Source: Eledone cirrhosa
Taxonomy: Eukaryota
NCBI GenBank assembly: GCA_964016885.1
Contig: OZ024765.1
Coordinates: 21,638,001-21,702,000, forward strand
Direction: 5' to 3'
Length of the DNA: 64,000 nucleotides
The notes under the pieces were generated by a model. That model saw only the letters and a list, made by a program, of their open reading frames with translations, ran no database searches and had not been told where the DNA came from. The first letter of the stretch is position 1. The number at the start of each line of letters is the position of its first letter. This document shows positions 30,901 through 40,949 of this stretch, piece after piece. A program made the translations under genes and the position numbers.

Positions 30901-32888
30901 GAAATATGGTAATGAAAGGGTTGATGACATAGACGGTGTCTTACACTAGAAATATGGTAATGAAAGGGTTAATGACATAGGTAGTGTCTTTCATTAGAAA
31001 TAAGGTAATGAAAGGGTTAATGACATAGACAGTGTCTTTCATTAGAAATATGGTAATGAAATGGTTAATGACGTAGACAGTGTCTTTCATTAGAAATATG
31101 GTAATGAAAGGGTTAAAGACATAGACAGTGTCTTTCATTAGAAATATGGTAATGAAAGGGTTAATGACGTAGACAGTGTCTTTCATTAGAAATATGGTAA
31201 TGAAAGGGTTAATGACATAGGCAGTGTCTTTCATTAGAAATATGGTAATGAAAGGGTTAATGACATAGACAGTGTCTTTCATTAGAAATATGGTGATGAA
31301 AGGGTTAATGACATAGACAGTGTCTTTCATTAGAAATATGGTAATGAAAGGGTTAATGACATAGACAGTGTCTTTCATTAGAAATATGGTAATGAAAAGT
31401 TTAATGACATAGACAGTGTCTTTCATGAGAAATATGGTAATGAAAGGGTTAATGACATAGACAGTGTCTTACATTAGATATATGGTAATGAAAGGGTTAA
31501 TGACATAGACAGTGTCTTTCATTAGAAATATGGTAATGAAAAGTTTAATGACATAGACAGTGTCTTTCATGAGAAATATGGTAATGAAATGGTTAATGAC
31601 ATAGACAGTGTCTTTCATTAGAAATATGGTAATGAAAGGGTTAATGACATAGACAGTGTCTTTCATTAGAAATATGGTAATGAAAGGGTTAATGACATAG
31701 ACAGTTTCTTACACTAGAAATATGGTAATGAAAGGGTTAATGACATAGACAGTGTCTTTCATTAAAAATATGGTAATGAAAGGTTTAATGACATAGACAG
31801 TGTCTTTCATGAGAAATATGGTAATGAAAGGGTTAATGACATAGGTAGTGTCTTTCATTAGAAATATGGTAATGAAAGGGTTAATGACATAGACAGTTTC
31901 TTACACTAGAAATATGGTAATGAAAGGGTTAATGACATAGACAGTGTTTTTCATTAGAAATATCGTAATCAAAGGGTTAATGGCATAGACAGTGTTTTAC
32001 ACTAGAAATATGGTAATGAAAGGGTTAATGACATAGACAGCGTCTTTCATTAGAAATATGGTAATGAAAGGGTTAATGACATAGACTGTGTCTTACACTA
32101 GAAATATGGTAATGAAAGGGTTGATGACATAGACAGTGTCTTACACTAGAAATATGATAATGAAAGGGTTAATGACATAGGTAGTGTCTTTCATTAGAAA
32201 TATGGTAATGAAAGGGTTAATGACATAGACAGTGTCTTTCATTAGAAATATGGTAATGAAAGGGTTAATGACATAGGTAGTGTCTTTCATTAGAAATATG
32301 GTAATGAAAGGGTTAATGACATAGACTGTGTCTTACACTAGAAATATGGTAATGAAAGGGTTAATGACATAGGTAGTGTCTTTCATTAGAAATAAGGTAA
32401 TGAAAGAGTTAATGACATAGACAGTGTCTTTCATTAGAAATATTGTAATGAAAGGGTTAATGACATAGACAGTGTCTTTCATTAGAAATATCGTAATGAA
32501 AGGGTTAATGACATAGACAGTGTCTTTCATTAGAAATATGGTAATGAAAGGGTTAATGACATAGACAGTGTCTTTCATTAGAAATATGGTAATGAAAGGG
32601 TTAATGACATAGACAGTGTCTTTCATTAGAAATATGATAATGAAAGGGTTAATGACATAGACAGTGTCTTTCAGTAGAAATATGGTAATGAAAGGGTTAA
32701 TGACATAGACAGTGTCTTTCATTAGAAATATGGTAATGAAAGGGTTAATGACATAGACAGTGTCTTTCAGTAGAAATATGGTAATGAAAGGGTTAATGAC
32801 ATAGACAGTGTCTTTCATTAGAAATATGGTAATGAAAGGGTTAATGACATAGACAGTGTCTTTCAGTAGAAATATGGTAATGAAAGGG
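15931..32888. repeat. 48-bp satellite, about 17 kb (about 350 units), with higher-order duplications
   Basis: Consensus TTAGAAATATGGTAATGAAAGGGTTAATGACATAGACAGTGTCTTTCA; variant patterns recur at 4888- and 2782-bp offsets. Confidence 0.97.
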
Positions 32889-32984
32889 TAAACTAAGAAC
32901 TTCTACAGATTCTCCAATCTGAGCCATAAAAGTTTGTATTAACTTGAATCTTGTTTAAAAGTATGTGAGATAGATGTGTGTGTC

Positions 32985-33022
<38 letters not shown>

Positions 33023-33146
33023 TGTCTGTGTGTGTCTGTATGTGTGTGTGTGTCTGTATGTATGTGTGTGTGTGTTAATCTGACTATATTCCTCATCTAT
33101 CATAATATTCTAGTTGTATGTGTGTGTGTATATGTATATGTAAACA

Positions 33147-33181
<35 letters not shown>

Positions 33182-33701
33182 CCATATTTATGTGAGTGTG
33201 TGTATGTAAAGACTATATATATACATATATATGGTGGCTGCCAACTCGTTTTCGAGTACGGCCACTACATTATATCCATGTAGGAGAACCCCTACCGATG
33301 CGCTGAACGAGTGTGACTTTTTAGTCCAGCCAGCGACTTGAAAACTCTGGTACAAACACTACAGTTGTGACAATTATTGACACATAGTGCTGGGCCCATG
33401 GTACCATGTGACGACAAGTGCAGAGAGATCTCCAGATATAAAGCAATGCCTGTGCCGTGAAGCTTTTATAGTGAGCAAAGGCACTGCACAAAGCCAGTCC
33501 CACTCTCTTAACCAAGATGATATTTACCAAAAAGAAGAACAAGTCAACATCATTGGATACCATCGGGGTTGCAGGTGTTATATCAGAGTTTTCCTTCTCC
33601 TAGAATTCTGCCTTGACAAAGGCTAAGGGGTCATCTCTATATATACACACATATTATATATATATATATACACATATTATATATATATATATATATACAC
33701 A

Positions 33702-33889
33702 GGGCGGTGGATTGGCAGTATCGGTGGAGGGTCGGACGCCATGCTTTCCAGCATAGTTACATCCCTTTACGATCTGAGTTCAAATCCCGCCGAGGTTTAC
33801 TTTGCCTTTCATCCTTACGGGGTCGATAAAATAAAGTACCAGTAATGAACTGGGTAATTGCTGGCCTTGTGCCTAAAGTAGAAACAATT
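33702..33889 (+). mobile_element. Family-A SINE, full length
   Basis: GGCGGTGGATTGGCAGTATCGG (A-box-like)...GAGTTCAAATCC (B box)...GTGCCTAAAGTAGAAACAATT. Confidence 0.85.
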
Positions 33890-33953
33890 ATATATATATA
33901 TATATATATTAATTCAAAATATTAACAAAAATAGACATTCGTGTGATCAAGTA

Positions 33954-34020
33954 TATTTTATTATACATATTTCAGAGGTACTGAGCTAACTTCAACAGTA
34001 CGTCCTCATCAGATAAAATA
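33954..34020 (-). ncRNA. Minimal type I hammerhead ribozyme
   Basis: Minus strand TATTTTAT-CTGATGA-GGACGTACTG...CAGTACCTCT-GAAA-TATGTA-TA-ATAAAATA. Confidence 0.8.
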
Positions 34021-34191
34021 AGATGATGCTTGACATACCCTGCCATAGTAGATAGTTAAGATCCAGTCATGGTAGTCATGACTGAATTTGTTAATATTTT
34101 GAATTAATATTAATAACTCCGGAAAACTGTTGAGTGCTTCCAATCTATTGTAAAACTAATTCTTTGATTTATTCATTGAACCTTGTTTAAC

Positions 34192-34227
<36 letters not shown>

Positions 34228-34265
34228 CATGACATGATATATATATATATATATATAACATGACA

Positions 34266-34299
<34 letters not shown>

Positions 34300-34369
34300 C
34301 ATGACATGATATATATATATATATATATATATATAACATGACATGATATATATATATATATATATATGT

Positions 34370-34530
34370 GAAAAAATGGGGAGAAGAATACTGCAGGTTG
34401 CACATGGATAACATGTTATAAAATGAGTCCCTCATCAGTGATTTGCCAACGATCATAGATATTTCATTGCATTAAAAATCATATACCTCACGTTGGTGCA
34501 ATAATAACTAAATTAAGTTATTAGGACAAT
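34370..34530. repeat. Unclassified dispersed repeat next to (TA)n; second copy at about 47481-47645
   Basis: Shared GAGAAGAATACTGC.GGTTGCACATGGATAACATGTTATAAAATGA...ATATACCTCACGTTGG. Confidence 0.7.
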
Positions 34531-34920
34531 TAAAACGCGTAAAGCGAGTGAGACAAGTAACAACAAAGAGAAAAGCTAACCGTAGATAGGAAGAGGCACA
34601 AGCTACATAGTTATTCTGTCAGTATAAGCTGGGTGAATATATGAGCGAGTAGAACATAGACCTTTCGAGATGAATCCAATGTAAGAAAGAAGGAAATTGT
34701 TTTCGTCGCGAACGGGGTGAAGTGAGAAGGGGAGAAACAGTGAGTGAGTGAGTGAGTGGAAGTGTGAGGAAGAGGTCAGTAGAGAGAAAGTGTTAACTGA
34801 CATGACAGAGGGGGCGAAAGAAAGTAAGAGAAACAGAGAGAACGAGGGAGCAGTAAGAGAGAGAGAGAGAAATATATATATATATATATAACATGACATG
34901 ATATATATATATATATATAT

Positions 34921-35096
34921 ATATCACGATAAATTAACGGAGGCATAGGCCGTCGTTATTCCCTGTAAATAATGTGCTCAAAGGGGAAGAGATCCTGAGC
35001 CCTTTAAAATATCTCTTTAAAAGATCTCTTCCCCTTTGAGCACATTATTTACAGGGAATAACGACGGCCTATGCCTCCGTTAATTTATCGTGATAT
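34921..35096. repeat. Perfect 74-bp inverted repeat with 28-bp spacer
   Basis: 34921-34994 is the reverse complement of 35023-35096. Confidence 0.92.
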
Positions 35097-35297
35097 TTCG
35101 CTCCTAACAACAGCCTTTCCTATCTCTGTTTGGTTGAGCACACTTCTCTGAGTGGCTTTGGGCTGCCCTTTCTAGCAGTTCGTCTCTCAGAGGCCACTGG
35201 TTCACTGCCCTTAAACACGCTGTGACTTCTCTCTCCCACGTGTAGCTGGACAGTCAATTGTAAAATTCTCTTAGTGTTGTCTGAAATGTATGGCCTT

Positions 35298-35379
35298 ACA
35301 CACGCTGATGAACCGAGACTAGACCATTTCTTTCAACAAAATTTTTTGGTGAAACATATCTTTGGATTTGTACGTGTGT
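35298..35379 (+). ncRNA. Type I hammerhead ribozyme with extended stem III
   Basis: ACACACG-CTGATGA-ACCGA...TTGGT-GAAA-CATATC tttg GATTTG-TA-CGTGTGT; GUA cut after 35372. Confidence 0.82.
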
Positions 35380-35886
35380 TATATAGTTATAGAGGTATTT
35401 ATTTACGCTTTAATTTATATTTTTAATTATCGTGTCTATAGTCTGCCTTTCATAGGTTATAGATTCCATACACTGGTGGTTTTTTTCCCTGTATTATTGA
35501 TAGCGCACTATATATCTCTCTCTGGTGTGTTACCTTCTCAACATATTATATTTTATATATATATATATATAACATGACATGATGCCTAAAAAACACTTGT
35601 GAACAAGGAAGTGTCCTGTCAACATATGATAAATAAATATAAAGGGATATAGAAGATTGGAAAAAAAAGGAAGGAAGAGGAAAAAAGGAAAAAGAAGAAG
35701 ATAATGGAGGAAAATATTAAAAAGGAAGGAGGAGAGAGAAAGAGAAAGGGGAGAGAGAGAGAGAGACATTTAAACTGGAAACCCTGTTAAAACTGAAAAA
35801 CAGCTGTGAATAACATCATCAATCATAAACCTCATCAATTTTATAATTTATTTATTTAGTAGCCGGATATATATATTCTATTCCGT

Positions 35887-36675
35887 ATCATCATCATCAT
35901 CATCGTTTAACGTCCCTGTTCCACGCTTGCATGGGTTTGGACGGGGGTTTTCCCACTTGAGGCAAGAGTGGTTGTCTTGCTCGCATAGGACTGTCTGGCG
36001 GGTTTTCTACGGCTGGATGCCCTTCCTAACACCAACCACATTTACAGTGTGGGACTGGGAGGTTTTTTACCGTGTTGCCTACACGGCCACATTACAGCGT
36101 GGACTGTCTGGCGTGTTTTCTACGGCTGGATGCCCTTCCTAACACCAACCACATTTACAGTGTGGGGCTGGGAGGTTTTTACGGTGTTGCCTACACGGCC
36201 ACATTACAGCGTGGACTGCCTGGCAGGTTTTCTACAGCTGGATGCCCTTCCTAACACCAACCACATTTACAGTGTGGGTCTGGGAGGTTTTTACCGTGTT
36301 GCCTACACGGCCACATTACAGCGTGGACTGCCTGGCAGGTTTTCTACAGCTGGATGCCCTTCCTAACACCAACCACATTTACAGTGTGGGTCTGGGAGGT
36401 TTTTACCGTGTTGCCTACACGGCCACATTACAGCATGGACTGCCTGGCATGTTTTCTACAGCTGGATGCCCTTCCTAACACCAACCACATTTACAGTGTG
36501 GGACTGTGAGGTTTTTACCGTGTTGCCTACACGGTCACATTACAGTGTGGACTGTGTGTTTTTTTTGTTGTGACACCTACACGATCTCGTTTGTTTCGGC
36601 CTGGATGTTGTGGCACCAACATAACTTTACATTGAAGGGGGCGGTGTGGATGGAGTGGGACGGGGGTGTATTCCG
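35887..36675 (-). mobile_element. RTE-related 3' UTR element with about 5 tandem copies of an internal 112-bp segment
   Basis: Single-unit versions at 47915-48303 and 60383-60770; ORF ends repeat every 112 bp. Confidence 0.8.
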
Positions 36676-36953
36676 TATATATATATATATATATATATAT
36701 GTCTGGTGGTTTGATATCTCTCTGTTGTTTTACTCTGTTTTCTTTTTTTCTTTCTTCTTTTTCTTTATTTATATCTCCCTTTCTTTTCTCCACTTTTCTC
36801 TCTTTCGGTTTCTCTCTCTCTCCGTCTTTTTCCTTCTCCTTAACATAACGACTTACTAAAATAAACAAACCCACTATCCTGATGTCTTCCAAAAGTAACG
36901 GTTGCATTTTGAAAGGGTACATCAATATTTATTTATAAGACTGGTATATATTG

Positions 36954-37018
36954 TATTTTGTCTGATGAAGGCATACCATAATTTAACATGGTATCCTTGA
37001 AATATGTATAATGAAATA
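36954..37018 (+). ncRNA. Minimal type I hammerhead ribozyme
   Basis: TATTTTGT-CTGATGA-AGGcATACCAT aatttaac ATGGTATCCTT-GAAA-TATGTA-TA-ATGAAATA. Confidence 0.8.
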
Positions 37019-37070
37019 AATATGGTTTTATAAATATAGTTTCCATTTGTTAATTATCGTACCAGGAATT

Positions 37071-37265
37071 GTCAGTTGAAGGAAGACGTGGTAGAGGTAG
37101 ACCACGAAAAACATGGGCGGAGGTGGTGAGAACAGACCTCAGATCATTGAAGCTCACGGTGGAGATGACGAGGGACCGTGACGAGTGGAGAGATGCTGTG
37201 CTGAATAAGACCCGTCCCACCCTTGCAAGCAGGGAAAAGCGGTCGTAAAATGATGATGATGATGA
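37071..37265 (+). mobile_element. 5'-truncated 3' end of the RTE LINE family at 40950-44190
   Basis: Near-identical to about 43995-44187. Confidence 0.88.
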
Positions 37266-37344
37266 GATGATGATGATATATATATATATATATATTTTCA
37301 GCCGTTATTCACAGCTGTTTTTCAGATTTGACAGAGTTTCCAGT

Positions 37345-37405
<61 letters not shown>

Positions 37406-37458
37406 CTTTCTCTCTCCTCCTTCCTTCTTAAATTTTTCCTCCATTTTCTCCTTCTTTA

Positions 37459-38230
37459 GGTGGATTGGCAGTATCGGTAGAGGGTCGGACACCATGCTAG
37501 GGTGGTGGACTGGCAGTATCGGTAGAGGGTCGGACGCCATGCTAGGGTGGTGGACTGGCAGTATCGGTAGAGGGTCGGACGCCATGCTAGGGTGGTGGAT
37601 TGGCAGTATCGGTAGAGGGTCGGACGCCATGCTAGGGTGGTGGATTGGCAGTATCGGTAGAGGGTCGGACGCCATGCTAGGGTGGTGGATTGGCAGTATC
37701 GGTAGAGGGTCGGACACCATGCTAGGGTGGTGGACTGGCAGTATCGGTAGAGGGTCGGACACCATGCTAGGGTGGTGGACTGGCAGTATCGGTAGAGGGT
37801 CGGACACCATGCTAGGGTGGTGGACTGGCAGTATCGGTAGAGGGTCGGACACCATGCTAGGGTGGTGGACTGGCAGTATCGGTAGAGGGTCGGACACCAT
37901 GCTAGGGTGGTGGACTGGCAGTATCGGTAGAGGCTCGGACACCATGCTAGGGTGGTGGATTGGCAGTATCGGTAGATGGTCAGATGCCATGCTAGGGTGG
38001 TGGATTGGCAGTATCAGTAGAGGGTCGGACGCCATGCTAGGGTGGTGGATTGGCAGTATCAGTAGAGGGTCAGACGCCATGCTTTGCAGCACAGTTATGT
38101 CCCTTTACGGACTAAGTTCAAATCCTGCCGAGGTTAACTTTGCCTTTCATCCTCACCGGATCGATAAAATAAAGTACCAGTAATACACTGGGATAATTGC
38201 TGGCCTTGTGCCAAAAAAGTAGAAACAGTT
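37459..38230 (+). mobile_element. Family-A SINE with 14 tandem copies of its 45-bp 5' head
   Basis: GGTGGATTGGCAGTATCGGTAGAGGGTCGGACGCCATGCTAGGGT repeats from 37459; the last head at 38044 continues into a normal SINE body. Confidence 0.9.
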
Positions 38231-38355
38231 ATCTTCTTTTTCCTTTTTTCCTCTTCCTTCCCTTTTTTTTCCAATCTTCTATATCCCTTTATATTTATTT
38301 ACCATATGTTGATTGCACACTTCCTTGTTCACAAGTGTTTTTTATCATGTTACCT

Positions 38356-38426
38356 TATTTTATCTGATGAGAACGCAACTATCGTCCCAGGATGATGTTT
38401 GTTTTTGAAATGCGCATAATAAAATA
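38356..38426 (+). ncRNA. Minimal type I hammerhead ribozyme (same family as 62504-62703)
   Basis: TATTTTAT-CTGATGA-long stem II-GAAA-TGCGCA-TA-ATAAAATA; palindromic stem III. Confidence 0.8.
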
Positions 38427-38628
38427 TATAAAATATATGGAACTTTTTTAACCATCTTTTAATTTCTTCTTATATATACTCCAGTCCAATAAACTGTTGA
38501 GTGCTACTTATCCGATATATGCATAGTTTTATTGTCCTACAATAAAACTCACCTCTTACATTTACATATATATATATATATGTATATAATATGTATGTGT
38601 ATATATATTATATATGTGTATATATATA

Positions 38629-38741
<113 letters not shown>

Positions 38742-38885
38742 TATGTGTGTATATATATATATATATATATGTATGTGTATATATATATATATGTATATAA
38801 TATGTATGTGTGTATATATATATAATATGTGTGTGTATATATATGTATATATGTATGTGTATATATATATATATGTGTATATATA

Positions 38886-38927
<42 letters not shown>

Positions 38928-39053
38928 CGCGTATATATATATATGTGTATATATATATATGTATTTAACATGTGTATATATATATATGTATATAATATGT
39001 ATGTGTATATATATATATATATATGTGTATATATGTATGTGTATATATATATA

Positions 39054-39085
<32 letters not shown>

Positions 39086-39150
39086 ATGTGTGTGTGTGTG
39101 TATATATATAATATGTGTGTGTGTGTGTATATATATATGTATATAATATG

Positions 39151-39251
<101 letters not shown>

Positions 39252-39335
39252 TAAAATAACAGATTAAATCCCTCTTTGGATTTTAGTCTTCAAATTTATT
39301 ATTATTACTATATATATATATAATATATATATATT

Positions 39336-39460
<125 letters not shown>

Positions 39461-39840
39461 AATATATATATAACGAAGGAAATGTGGTAAGGAACCAGAT
39501 GGACCATAACGCACCAAAGTACTCAATACTTAGGGTAGTAGAGTAGGTAATAGGAACGAGTAGGACCCCGACGGCTGAGGATAACGGTCAATTTTTATTT
39601 TTTTTTATTTTTTTTTACCAATATAATAACACTATATTTTAGATAATGTATTAAACGTTTAGACCAACTGTAATGTATTCTCCCAGTCATGTAAGCCCCC
39701 TATGTGTTGAGGTTTTTCTAGTGATATGCCTGGTAGTCACCGATATGTCCAGCTCGTTGTCTACCAGCGTATCAGGAAAAAATTATACATTTTCTATATA
39801 TTTTGTTTGAAGAGGACATGTTTTGCTTTATGTTATACAT

Positions 39841-40180
39841 AGGCACATGGCTTAGTGGTTAGAGCATTGGCCTTGCAGTCGAAAGGTTGTGAGTTCAATT
39901 CTCAGACCAGGTGATGTGTTGTTTCCTTGAGCAAGACACTTTATTTCACATTGCTCCAGTTTACTCAGCTGTAGAAATGAGATGATAGGGACTGGGGTCC
40001 CTATCATTCCACTGCAAAGTGGTCGTGGAGGTGCCACGGCAAAAAAGCAGCCAGCACTCACTGTAAATGAGGTTGGTGTTAGGAAGGGCATCCAGCTGTA
40101 GAAATCAAGCCAGAATCAGTTCCCGTCCCACCCTTGCAAGCAGGGAAAAAGCGGACGTAAAATGAAATGATGATGATGAT
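39841..40180 (+). mobile_element. tRNA-head SINE, family B (CORE-like body, RTE-type tail); other copies 44276-44612(-), 44946-45265(+), 47033-47372(+)
   Basis: TGGCTTAGTGG A box, GAGTTCAATTC B box, CCTTGAGCAAGACACTT body, tail CCTTGCAAGCAGGGAAAAAGCGGACGTAAAATGA. Confidence 0.82.
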
Positions 40181-40768
40181 GATAAATAAGAATATTAAAA
40201 ATATAAAAAAATTGTTTTTTTTTTATTTTATATTTTTAACATTCTTATTTTTCTATATAGATTTACTCCATCTAGATTTACTTGTTGTTTCGACTTCCTC
40301 CCCCCTCCCCCTCTTATCCTTAGGATTCTGCTGTAGTTTCATGCTGCACTTTCATGGGTTTCCTCCACTCCCTCTCCCTCTTTCTTCTACTGGCAAGTTC
40401 AGCTACCCCTTCAGTCACCATCCACCACCACCACCATCACTGACACCATCCACCACCTCCACCACTACCACCACCACCATCATCACTGACACCATCCACC
40501 ACTCCCACCACCACCACCATCACTGACACTATCCACCACCATCACCACTACCACCACCACCACCACCACTGACACTATCCACCACCATCACCACTACCAC
40601 CACCACCACCATCACTGACACTATCCATCACCATCACCATGACTGACACCATCCACCACCATTCACCACTGCCACCACCACCGCCACCACCATTACCAGC
40701 GTAAAGCAAACAATTATTATTATTATTATATAAAAACTGAACTGGACTGGGAAAAGTCAACAGTTGAC

Positions 40769-40810
40769 ATGATATTGATTTTGTATCAGTACTGCTGGTA
40801 ATATACATAT
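40769..40810 (+). CDS. Candidate exon 1 (signal peptide) of the Ly6-like gene, requiring one extra T in the T4 run at 40779-40782
   Basis: With T5 it reads MILIFVSVLLVIYI plus 1 nt, then donor GTATGT (phase 1) matching the phase-1 acceptor at 46817; as written it hits TAA. Confidence 0.5.
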
Positions 40811-40949
40811 GTATGTGTGTGTGTGAGTTGTGTGTGTGTTTGTATGCATGAATGAGTGTTGGTGTGTGAGTGGCAGGTGTGTTTGTAGTTTGTATGCATG
40901 AGTGTTGGTGTGTGTGTGTGTGCGCGTGTCGTGTCAGTAAGTGTTTTTT

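Noticed and set aside
16659-32818. Many ORFs of repeated MKDTVYVINPFITIFL
   Set aside because: By-product of a 48-bp (3n) satellite; stops are scattered and there is no gene context
15931-32888. CRISPR array or telomeric repeat
   Set aside because: No unique spacers or cas genes, eukaryotic context; only a single GGGTTA per unit
33702-33790. tRNA genes at SINE heads
   Set aside because: Only A/B-box similarity with no full cloverleaf, always attached to SINE bodies
34395-34500. CTGATGA and GAAA on the minus strand (also about 47540-47585) as a hammerhead
   Set aside because: Could not build a consistent stem II and stem III in either copy
37322-38183. 256-aa and 229-aa repetitive ORFs
   Set aside because: Translations of the 45-bp SINE-head tandem repeat
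40354-40443. MGFLHSLSLFLLLASSATPS as the Ly6 signal peptide with a GC donor
   Set aside because: Wrong phase for exon 2, stops soon after, and resembles the repeat-derived sequence at about 2165-2215
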